From: Candidatus Nomurabacteria bacterium
GTDB lineage: Bacteria; Patescibacteriota; Minisyncoccia; Phycocordibacterales; UBA1006
Direction: 5' to 3'
Assembly (NCBI GenBank): GCA_029882015.1
Contig: JAOULM010000001.1
Span: 1-33,991, forward strand
DNA length: 33,991 nt
A program made the position numbers and the translations under genes. The first letter of the stretch is position 1; each line of letters begins with the position of its first letter. Below, piece by piece: positions 1-7,503 of this stretch. A model generated the notes under the pieces. The model did no database searches and was not told the DNA's origin. It saw only the letters and a program-made list of their open reading frames with translations.

Positions 1-984
1 TATAAAACTGGGGTTGCTGATTATATGATTGCGGAATACCGATCGGGACGAACCCCCAACCCAGACGTCATGTGTAATCGCGAAGTAAAATTTGGAGGGT
101 TTTTGGATTGGGCGCTGGAACGTGGAGCAGATTTTGTTGCGACAGGGCATTATGCGCAAGTCACCACTTCCTCCTCCCCTGATGCAGGGGAGGTGCCGAG
201 GCACGAGGCGGAGGGGTATCAAAAAACCAATACCCCCCAGCCCTTCGGGCTGCCCCCCTACATAGGGGGGCAGGCGCGGTTTCAGCTCTTGCGTGGAATT
301 GACCCAGGCAAAGACCAATCATATTTTTTGTGGACCTTGACCCAGGATCAGTTGAAACATATTTTGTTTCCAGTCGGACATCTAATAAAAGACGAAACAC
401 GGAAACTTGCCGAGAAATACGAACTACCAACGGCCACAAAAAAAGATTCCCAAGGGGTTTGTTTTATTGGTGAAATAGATATGAAGGAATTTCTGGGGCA
501 TTATATTAACCACCAACCAGGGGATGTATTGAATACTGACGGAAAGATTATTGGACATCATGATGGAGCATTGTTTTTTACATTGGGTGAACGTCATGGA
601 TTTACAATCCTATCCAAAGGAACAGACGAGAGTCGGTATTATGTGGTGGATAAAGATATCAAGAAAAATACTATTACCGTCTCTGAAAATATTGATAATC
701 AAAAAGAAAATTATGGAAAAGGGCAACAAATAACCATAACCAATATAAACATGATTTCCGAGCCACTTCGTCCTGGGCAATCATACGATGCACAGATTCG
801 TTACCATGGTGAAATCAAGAAAATGACACTCAGCGGAATCAAGGGTGATACCGCAAGTGTGGTTCTGGCTGGTCACGACGCAACGATTGCCCCTGGGCAA
901 TCGTTGGTTATCTACCTGCCTGGCGAACAGTCGGGTAATGGTGATATTTGTTTGGGTGGTGGAGTGATCGATTCTGTCGCCTAG
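1..984 (+). CDS. mnmA: tRNA-specific 2-thiouridylase MnmA, 5'-truncated by window edge; carries an in-frame repeat insertion (see repeat 169-275)
   Basis: Frame 1 is open from nt 1. Motifs GRTPNPDVMCN, FVATGHYA, LLRGIDPGKDQSYFLW and DSQGVCFIGE are typical of MnmA. Stop TAG at 982-984. Confidence 0.9.
   Translation, partial: YKTGVADYMIAEYRSGRTPNPDVMCNREVKFGGFLDWALERGADFVATGHYAQVTTSSSPDAGEVPRHEAEGYQKTNTPQPFGLPPYIGGQARFQLLRGIDPGKDQSYFLWTLTQDQLKHILFPVGHLIKDETRKLAEKYELPTATKKDSQGVCFIGEIDMKEFLGHYINHQPGDVLNTDGKIIGHHDGALFFTLGERHGFTILSKGTDESRYYVVDKDIKKNTITVSENIDNQKENYGKGQQITITNINMISEPLRPGQSYDAQIRYHGEIKKMTLSGIKGDTASVVLAGHDATIAPGQSLVIYLPGEQSGNGDICLGGGVIDSVA
169..275 (+). repeat. GC-rich palindromic repeat pair (forward unit 169-219, inverted unit 231-275) inside the mnmA reading frame
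   Basis: tcctcctcccctgatgcaggggaggtgccgaggcacgaggcggaggggtat closely matches 10451-10500, 14890-14935 and 30603-30647. The second half is an inverted, diverged copy. Confidence 0.85.
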
Positions 985-1041
985 GGTGTTGTGCCTGGCG
1001 GGTTTTTGTCGTACGATAGAGATAAACAAAAAAGAAAAGTC

Positions 1042-1332
1042 ATGGCTCATTCAAATATAATTTCTATTTTAGAATATCATTTTGCTTTACGACCTGAAAA
1101 GAAAAAAATTTCATCGATGTATTGTATTCTAACTGACAAGTTTGGGGCAGTGTCACATTGGCACAAGATTGCGGGCAAGTGGACGTTTGCTGGAATACAA
1201 AACATTCAAAAATATGTATCAGTAGTTTGGGAGACTGATAGAGGGGGTAGCTTAAAGCTTGTTGGTTCACAGGATTTAGTTTTACCTGAAACAGTAAAAC
1301 GTTTTATAAAGCGGTTGAATATCTTCAAATAA
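1042..1332 (+). CDS. hypothetical small protein (97 aa from ATG 1042; ORF track starts at GTG 991)
   Basis: Open frame ends 8 nt before a strong rho-independent terminator (1341-1370). No recognisable motif. Confidence 0.35.
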   Translation: MAHSNIISILEYHFALRPEKKKISSMYCILTDKFGAVSHWHKIAGKWTFAGIQNIQKYVSVVWETDRGGSLKLVGSQDLVLPETVKRFIKRLNIFK

Positions 1333-1340
1333 AAAACAAG

Positions 1341-1370
1341 CCAGCACTATAACGTGCTGGTTTTTTCTTT
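1341..1370 (+). terminator. rho-independent terminator after orf 1042-1332
   Basis: CCAGCAC-tataac-GTGCTGG followed by TTTTTTCTTT. Confidence 0.75.
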
Positions 1371-1398
1371 TGCCAAAAATCGGCTGGGCAGGTATACT
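1370..1398 (+). promoter_or_regulatory. sigma-70-like promoter of alaS (TTGCCA-17-TATACT); ATG 7 nt after the -10
   Basis: Hexamers at 1370-1375 and 1393-1398. Confidence 0.55.
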
Positions 1399-1405
1399 GG
1401 TGGGC

Positions 1406-3058
1406 ATGAAATCAAACGACATCCGCGAGAAATTTTTGACCTTTATGGAATCCAAGGGGCACACTCGTGCGCCCAGCTCATCATTGATTCCGACTGATCC
1501 ATCGGTTTTGTTTACCACTGCAGGAATGCAGCAGTTTAAGCCATATTATATGGGGGAAAAATCTCCATACGGGGATATGGCAACCAGCGTACAAAAATGT
1601 ATGCGTACTAGCGATATCGACGAGATAGGTGACGCCACCCATTTGACATTTTTCGAGATGTTGGGAAATTTTGCTTTTAATAATGCGGTGTCAAAACGGC
1701 AGGCTATAGAATGGGGGCATGAATTTATCACCAGCGAAATGAAATTGAAAATAGATTACATTACTATTTTTGGAGGAGATGATATAACTGCTCGTGATAG
1801 CGAATCCGAAGACATCTGGAAATCAATCGATGCAAGTCTAGATATCCGCCCCGAAGGGCGCGATGATGTATTCTGGGGGCCAACTGGTGACGAGGGTCCA
1901 TGTGGTCCAACAACCGAAATTTACATTGACGGAGTAGAGATTTGGAATATTGTTTTCAATGAATATTATTGTGACAAAGAAAAAAATTACAAAAAATTAG
2001 AAAATTTTGGTATTGATACTGGGATGGGATTGGAGCGGTTAGCTGTTGCTGTCCAAGGGGTAAATAATGTTTTTGAAACAGATTTGTTTAACAATGAATT
2101 AGACAAAGAAGATAGAATTGTTGCCGACCATGTTCGTTCCGCTGTATTTTTGGCGATTGACGGCGTGCACCCATCTAATACTGGGCAGGGATACATATTG
2201 CGACGCCTCATTCGCAGGGCTGTATTTTATTCTCAAAAAAATGACACACTAATAAAAGATAACATTGATTTTGTCTGGAATAAATTTTCTGATGTTTATG
2301 AAAAAGACTTTGCCGGAGATTATGAAACGGTCGTCGAGGTAATAGAAAAAGAAAAGAAAAACTTTGAATCTACTTTGGATCGCGCCGTCAGAGAGTTCGA
2401 AAAAAGAAGTGCTTCTGATCTTAGTGGAAAAGATGTATTTGAATTGTTCACCACATATGGAATGCCTTTTGAAATGACGCGGGAACTGGCCCACGGAAAA
2501 GGACTCGAGGCAGATGTCGACGGGGCTTATTCAGAATTCGAACAACACAAAGAATTATCAAAAACAGCTAGCGCGGGGAAATTCAAGGGGGGTATGTCTG
2601 ATGCTGGTGACCCACAGGTTACCAAATTACACACCGCACACCATCTATTGCTGGCTGCACTGCAGCAGGTTCTGGGACAGGACGTTAAACAACGAGGGAG
2701 CAACATCACATCTGAACGGTTACGTATTGATTTTAATTTTGACCGCAAAATGACCGACGATGAAAAACAGCAGGTCAATGATTTGGTGAATGGATGGATT
2801 GCTGAGGGACTACCCGTCATTAAAAAAACTATGCCAAAAGACGAAGCCGAGGCGTTGGGAGCCGAAATGGAATTTGGGGTGAAATATCCCGACACTGTGG
2901 ATGTCTATTTTATAGAAAATAAAAATGGAGAAATAATTTCCAAGGAATTCTGTGGTGGTCCGCATATTACGAACACCAGCGAGCTGGGAACATTCAGAAT
3001 CAAAAAAGAAGAATCCAGTTCGGCTGGAGTACGACGAATCAAGGCTGTTCTTGAATAA
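1406..3058 (+). CDS. alaS: alanyl-tRNA synthetase, minimised form (550 aa, no C-Ala domain)
   Basis: N-terminus MKSNDIREKFLxFxESKGH, FTTAGMQQFKPYY, GNFAF. Editing-site motifs HTAHHLL and CGGPHI. ATG 1406 preferred over 1370 because a TTGCCA-17-TATACT promoter lies at 1370-1398. Confidence 0.95.
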   Translation: MKSNDIREKFLTFMESKGHTRAPSSSLIPTDPSVLFTTAGMQQFKPYYMGEKSPYGDMATSVQKCMRTSDIDEIGDATHLTFFEMLGNFAFNNAVSKRQAIEWGHEFITSEMKLKIDYITIFGGDDITARDSESEDIWKSIDASLDIRPEGRDDVFWGPTGDEGPCGPTTEIYIDGVEIWNIVFNEYYCDKEKNYKKLENFGIDTGMGLERLAVAVQGVNNVFETDLFNNELDKEDRIVADHVRSAVFLAIDGVHPSNTGQGYILRRLIRRAVFYSQKNDTLIKDNIDFVWNKFSDVYEKDFAGDYETVVEVIEKEKKNFESTLDRAVREFEKRSASDLSGKDVFELFTTYGMPFEMTRELAHGKGLEADVDGAYSEFEQHKELSKTASAGKFKGGMSDAGDPQVTKLHTAHHLLLAALQQVLGQDVKQRGSNITSERLRIDFNFDRKMTDDEKQQVNDLVNGWIAEGLPVIKKTMPKDEAEALGAEMEFGVKYPDTVDVYFIENKNGEIISKEFCGGPHITNTSELGTFRIKKEESSSAGVRRIKAVLE

Positions 3059-3099
3059 ATCTTGTCATAGGCGTACAATTAAAAGAAAAGGAGGCAACC

Positions 3100-3615
3100 A
3101 TGGAAACTACATTGTCATTAGAAAATTTTTGTAAAAAATATTATTCATTTGTTTATAACAGATCTTTGCGTTTAACAAAAAATAAAGATAAAGCATTGGA
3201 TTTAACGCAGGATGTTTTTGTCAGAGTTTGTATATCATTTGATACTTTGGATCAAAGTCTGGCTATATTCGGCTGGCTTGCCAAAATAACAAAAAATAGG
3301 TTTTTAGATATTGCAAGATCTGATGAAGCAAAAAAAAGAAAAAGAGAACACATAGATGATATTGGCGAGTGCGCCAGCAAACTCTACTCGCCAGAACGAC
3401 CTATTTATCTAGATCTAGACATAGAAGATTTTATTATGATGCTGAATGAAAACGGTAACCATGTGGAATCTTGTCTTTATCTTGATCTTCAGAATTACGA
3501 CAAGGTTGCAGAACATTTGGATATCCCTGTTGGCACTGTAAAGAGCAGAGTACACAGACAGAGAAAATTAGCACAAAATAAATTTCCTTTGTACAGAAAA
3601 AATTTTAATATTTAA
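3100..3615 (+). CDS. RNA polymerase sigma factor, sigma-70 ECF-like (regions 2 and 4 only)
   Basis: Region 2-like LDLTQDVFVRV...WLAKITKNRFLDIAR. Region 4 HTH LDIPVGTVKSRVHRQRKLA. One of the few genes with a strong SD (AAAGGAGG, 3081-3088). Confidence 0.8.
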   Translation: METTLSLENFCKKYYSFVYNRSLRLTKNKDKALDLTQDVFVRVCISFDTLDQSLAIFGWLAKITKNRFLDIARSDEAKKRKREHIDDIGECASKLYSPERPIYLDLDIEDFIMMLNENGNHVESCLYLDLQNYDKVAEHLDIPVGTVKSRVHRQRKLAQNKFPLYRKNFNI

Positions 3616-3642
3616 TCCCCGCATAACTTTGTGGGGATTTTT
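3615..3642 (+). terminator. rho-independent terminator after the sigma factor gene
   Basis: ATCCCCGC-ataacttt-GTGGGGAT followed by TTTT. Confidence 0.65.
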
Positions 3643-3650
3643 GATATAAT
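3642..3650 (+). promoter_or_regulatory. extended -10 promoter (TGaTATAAT) of the actin-like ATPase gene; ATG 10 nt downstream
   Basis: TG at 3642-3643, TATAAT at 3645-3650. Confidence 0.45.
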
Positions 3651-3660
3651 TTAACTATAC

Positions 3661-4779
3661 ATGTGGCCTTTCCGAACAAAGAAAAAAGAATCATCATTTC
3701 AGATAATCTGTGATATTGGAACCAGCAGTGTTGGTGTTGCTTTTGTGAATATTAAAAACCCAAACAAACGACCAATTGTTATTGAACACAAGCGTGTTTC
3801 TTTTCCAATACGAGACAATACAGAATTATTGTTGGATGACATGGTTCGTGCTTTTGACCAAGCTCTGGCATCGATTTTTGATCAGACCAGTATTCCAATA
3901 TCCAGAGCAACATGTGTTTTGACTGGGGCATGGTGTGACACAGACATCATCCATATCAACGAGACCAACAAAGAGCCAACACGTGTTACTAAAAAAACTT
4001 TGGACAAAATGTTGCGACAATCTTTCCAGTCAAAATCTGGCAGCTTGGTTGATGACACTCTGATAGAACATAAAATAATACAAGCGACTGTTGATGGGTA
4101 TTTGTCTGATAACCCACAGGGTAAAAAATCAAAAAAACTAGATTTGGTTGTCATGGCGACAACTGCCCCAGAGATGATTACCGAACGACTGCGTAATAGC
4201 ATTGCACGATTTTATAATTGTCCCGTAGATATGATGTCGTTTGGTTATGTGTCTTTTCGTGCACACCAAGAAGCCTTGTTTGAGTATGATGATATGTTGA
4301 TTTTTGATGTTGGTGGCGAGGTCACCGACGTCATGGTGATTCATGATCGCGCTCCTGTTATTATTGGTGCCATTCCATTTGGGACACACCACATGATTCG
4401 AAATATTGCAGACAAAACACATAAATCGATTCGTGATGTACGGTCACAGTTACACATTCGCAGTCATGGTGATGGCGGGCAGGATGATTTTGATAATGTA
4501 TTCGAGCAAGAAATAGCGCTGTGGTACCGTCATGTATCTCCTGTAATAGAAGCAAACCACGGGTATGGCTGCGATGTTGCTGTGGTTGTTACTGATCCCG
4601 AGTTCGGTGATGGGGTTCGGGATATTCTAGGAGAACGATTAATAAAAGAAAACAGACAGTGTCGCATGGTTATGCGTGGGCCAATGCGCATTATAGAAAC
4701 AAATATTTTATACGATGATCCAGAGAAACGTGACCAGTTTCTATCACTCGAAGTTTTTGTTGTTAACATGATACAATAG
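3661..4779 (+). CDS. actin-fold ATPase, FtsA/PilM-like
   Basis: Phosphate-1-like ICDIGTSSVGVAFV and phosphate-2-like IFDVGGEVTDVMVI...IPFGTHHMIRNIA. Family assignment comes from motifs only. Confidence 0.6.
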   Translation: MWPFRTKKKESSFQIICDIGTSSVGVAFVNIKNPNKRPIVIEHKRVSFPIRDNTELLLDDMVRAFDQALASIFDQTSIPISRATCVLTGAWCDTDIIHINETNKEPTRVTKKTLDKMLRQSFQSKSGSLVDDTLIEHKIIQATVDGYLSDNPQGKKSKKLDLVVMATTAPEMITERLRNSIARFYNCPVDMMSFGYVSFRAHQEALFEYDDMLIFDVGGEVTDVMVIHDRAPVIIGAIPFGTHHMIRNIADKTHKSIRDVRSQLHIRSHGDGGQDDFDNVFEQEIALWYRHVSPVIEANHGYGCDVAVVVTDPEFGDGVRDILGERLIKENRQCRMVMRGPMRIIETNILYDDPEKRDQFLSLEVFVVNMIQ

Positions 4780-4791
4780 ATAATATAATTT

Positions 4792-6156
4792 ATGACTCAA
4801 CGCAGACGCATACAAGATATCTCGATACAATCTACTCGCAAGAAAAAAAATGCGACAAAGCCTTTGACTATATCCGAAAGAAAAAAGAAATCATCACCCT
4901 CTGCTAAAAAAACTGCAGTCAAAGAATCCAACATAGACGAATCATACGAAGACCACCTTGATGATGAAATCATAGAGAGCTCGAATAGTTCATGGTCACG
5001 TTCTAGATTGTGGGTACTGACAATTATTGCATTGGCTATTGTTGTGTTCTTTGGTGGTGGAAAATTATTACACAGAGCTTCTGTTGTTATCACGCCTGCA
5101 ACCGAAGACATAACGACTTCTTCAACAATTTCTATTGGTGTTGGTGATGCTGTCGGTGATATACCTGGGTATTTGATGCGTATCGACGAACAGGTTACCG
5201 AATCAATTGTCGCGGATAGCTTCAAAGAGGTGTCCGAACAAGCGTCAGGTACTATTCGTATTTTCAACAAAGAATCCAAGGAACAAAAACTTCGCGAGGA
5301 AACTCGTTTTGAATCTGACAGTGGATTAATTTTTAAACTTGCAAAAGGCGACGGAGTAACGGTCCCCCCGGCATCTGGTGGGGAACCTGGGTTTGTTGAT
5401 GTTATTGTTTATGCAGATCAAGCCGGCGAAGGTTCTAATATTTTGTCTCCTGATATGAATTGGGTTATTCCTGGGTGGCGTGAAATAAAAAGTCCTAAAT
5501 TTGAAACACAATATGCACAATCTGTAACGGTTATGTCGGGTGGGTTCACAGGGTCTCGTCCTGTTATATCCAAAGAACAATCCAACAAATTATATGACGA
5601 TATGTCCAAAGAACTGACGGACCGCCTTGGGGCACGAGAAAAATCAGAAGTTCCACAAGATAGATTTATTCTTTTTGATGGCGCCCGTGTTGTTTCAGTT
5701 GATACAACTATTAATTACTCCGAGGGAACAGATTCAGAAAAATCCCAAGCTACATTAAACGGTTCGGTATACGCAGTGTTGTTTGACCGGCAAGAGCTAA
5801 CAGATTTTATATATGACCAATCCCCATTAGACAGGGAACAGCATCCAGGGAGCACCCTGATTGCAAACGGATTTGATGATATTAAAATAGAGATACAATC
5901 ATTATTATCCCTACAAACATCATCAGATATTGTTTTGCAGGCATCGCTATCGGGACCATTTGGTGTTTCGTGGATTGCTGATGAATCAGAGATAAAACAA
6001 ATTGTTGCTGGTGCTAGCAAAAAATCTCTTGTGGGCGGAATAAACCATGTTGACGTTGTTGATGTTGGTTTTCATGTGCGACCACCTTGGCGTTTTGTGT
6101 TCCCTGGTAATCCAGACTTAATATCAATTACAAACAAGCAAAAAAAGGTTGACTAA
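4792..6156 (+). CDS. hypothetical membrane-anchored protein (basic N-terminus, one TM, ~360 aa extracytoplasmic domain)
   Basis: K/R-rich N-terminus, TM LWVLTIIALAIVVFFGG, long uninterrupted frame 12 nt after the ATPase gene. No motif recognised. Confidence 0.6.
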   Translation: MTQRRRIQDISIQSTRKKKNATKPLTISERKKKSSPSAKKTAVKESNIDESYEDHLDDEIIESSNSSWSRSRLWVLTIIALAIVVFFGGGKLLHRASVVITPATEDITTSSTISIGVGDAVGDIPGYLMRIDEQVTESIVADSFKEVSEQASGTIRIFNKESKEQKLREETRFESDSGLIFKLAKGDGVTVPPASGGEPGFVDVIVYADQAGEGSNILSPDMNWVIPGWREIKSPKFETQYAQSVTVMSGGFTGSRPVISKEQSNKLYDDMSKELTDRLGAREKSEVPQDRFILFDGARVVSVDTTINYSEGTDSEKSQATLNGSVYAVLFDRQELTDFIYDQSPLDREQHPGSTLIANGFDDIKIEIQSLLSLQTSSDIVLQASLSGPFGVSWIADESEIKQIVAGASKKSLVGGINHVDVVDVGFHVRPPWRFVFPGNPDLISITNKQKKVD

Positions 6157-6177
6157 TCGTAATTTTTTTTGTAGTAT
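6149..6177 (+). promoter_or_regulatory. promoter of infA (TTGACT-17-TAGTAT); ATG 12 nt after the -10
   Basis: Hexamers at 6149-6154 and 6172-6177. The -35 overlaps the upstream stop codon. Confidence 0.5.
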
Positions 6178-6189
6178 AGCAACATACAC

Positions 6190-6429
6190 ATGAGCGATAA
6201 ATCAGAAGAAATTAGAAAACAGGGGATTGTCAGCGAAGCGCTTCCAAACACTATGTTTCGTGTGCTTTTAAACCTAGAAGAGGGTGCTGATGGCGACCAG
6301 CGAGAAGAGATTATATCTTATCTGGCTGGTAAAATGCGTATGCACAGAATACGTGTTATGGTCGGTGACAAGGTAGAAGTTGTCATTGATCCGTACGGGG
6401 GCAAGGCAAGACTTGTCAAACGATTGTAA
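6190..6429 (+). CDS. infA: translation initiation factor IF-1 (with short acidic insertion)
   Basis: GIVSEALPNTMFRV...YLAGKMRMHRIRVMVGDKVEVVIDPY matches the IF-1 S1-fold. EEGADGDQREE is extra relative to the E. coli and Bacillus IF-1 as I recall them. Confidence 0.9.
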   Translation: MSDKSEEIRKQGIVSEALPNTMFRVLLNLEEGADGDQREEIISYLAGKMRMHRIRVMVGDKVEVVIDPYGGKARLVKRL

Positions 6430-6454
6430 ATAAGCTATACTCGCACACAGCTTT

Positions 6455-6481
6455 AGGAAGTCTGCTTCCTTTGCTTTTTTT
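6455..6481 (+). terminator. probable terminator after infA
   Basis: AGGAAG-tctg-CTTCCT followed by TTGCTTTTTTT. Confidence 0.5.
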
Positions 6482-6519
6482 ATCCCTATATATATGGGGT
6501 AAACACACATTTTTTTATT

Positions 6520-6642
6520 ATGAAAGTAAAAACATCGATCAAGAAAATAGACCTAGCTCAAGGGGACAAGATTGTCCGCCGTCGCGGTCGACTGTTTCGA
6601 ATTAATAAAGCTAACCCTCGTCGCAAACTGCGACAAGGATAA
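6520..6642 (+). CDS. rpmJ: 50S ribosomal protein L36, cysteine-less (C-minus) form, 40 aa; below the ORF-track length cutoff
   Basis: My translation is [40 protein letters not shown]. It has the L36 hallmarks MKV.xSxKK...RRxGR...NP..K.RQG and the canonical infA-rpmJ-rpsM position. Confidence 0.85.
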   Translation: MKVKTSIKKIDLAQGDKIVRRRGRLFRINKANPRRKLRQG

Positions 6643-6656
6643 TCAATTTATTTTTT

Positions 6657-7037
6657 ATGCGTATTTCAGGTATTACACTTCCAGATAACAAACAACTACA
6701 ATATGGCCTAACGGCGGTGTATGGTGTTGGGTTATCTCGTTCACAAAAGATTGCTGATCAAGCAAAAATCGACCGCACTAAAAAAGTTGCCGATTTGACC
6801 GAGGTAGAAGAAAAAACTCTTCGTGATCTTGTCGAGGGGTTCACTATCGAGGGAGACCTAAAACGTGAAAAAACACAAAATATCAAACGTCTAAAAGATA
6901 TCGTATCATACCGTGGAGGTCGCCACAGTCGAAACTTGCCAGTTAACGGTCAGCGAACAAAAACAAACTCACGAACTGTTCGTGGGAACAAACGTTCAAC
7001 CGCCGGGTCAGGTAAGCTAAAGGTTGATAAGAAATAA
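6657..7037 (+). CDS. rpsM: 30S ribosomal protein S13
   Basis: MRISGITLPDNKQLQYGLTAVYGVGLSRSQKI and basic C-terminus; operon context. Confidence 0.95.
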   Translation: MRISGITLPDNKQLQYGLTAVYGVGLSRSQKIADQAKIDRTKKVADLTEVEEKTLRDLVEGFTIEGDLKREKTQNIKRLKDIVSYRGGRHSRNLPVNGQRTKTNSRTVRGNKRSTAGSGKLKVDKK

Positions 7038-7046
7038 TAATTGTAT

Positions 7047-7481
7047 ATGGGAAAAAAACGCGTAGTAAAACAAAAGGGGAATAAATCAAACAAGAGCTTG
7101 AAAGCTCGTTCTTTGGCACGCACAAAGAAAAAGAAAGTAGCAGAAGCTATTTTGCATGTACAAGCAACGTTAAACAACACAAAAGTATTACTTTCTGATA
7201 CAGACGGAAACACATTGGCATTTTCATCATCAGGTGGTCTTGGGTTCCGTGGAGCCAAAAAAGGAACTCCGTTTGCTGCTGCCGAGGTTGGCGCATTGAT
7301 TGGAGAAAAGGCTGCAATCATGGGGGTCAAAGAGGCCAGCATCATCGTAAAAGGAATTGGATCAGGACGTGAATCAGCAATTCGTGCATTCACCGGCAAG
7401 GGAATTGATCTGAAAAGCATCAAAGACCGAACTCCTGTTCCTCATGGGGGATGTCGCCCACGTAAAGCTCGTCGCGTCTAA
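7047..7481 (+). CDS. rpsK: 30S ribosomal protein S11
   Basis: AILHVQATLNNTKVLLSDTDGNTLAFSSSGGLGFRGAKKGTPFAA. ATG 7047 preferred over TTG 7041. Confidence 0.95.
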   Translation: MGKKRVVKQKGNKSNKSLKARSLARTKKKKVAEAILHVQATLNNTKVLLSDTDGNTLAFSSSGGLGFRGAKKGTPFAAAEVGALIGEKAAIMGVKEASIIVKGIGSGRESAIRAFTGKGIDLKSIKDRTPVPHGGCRPRKARRV

Positions 7482-7503
7482 TTATCTGTCTTTTTTATAA
7501 TAT

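Noticed and set aside
991-1041. GTG 991 as the start of the small ORF after mnmA, and ATG 1370, 12249, 12935 and 22883 as starts of alaS, grpE, dnaK and dnaB
   Set aside because: The conserved N-termini (MKSNDIREKF for Ala[16 protein letters not shown] for DnaK) and the predicted promoters lying inside the longer ORFs favour the downstream ATGs. The longer versions are retained only as alternatives.
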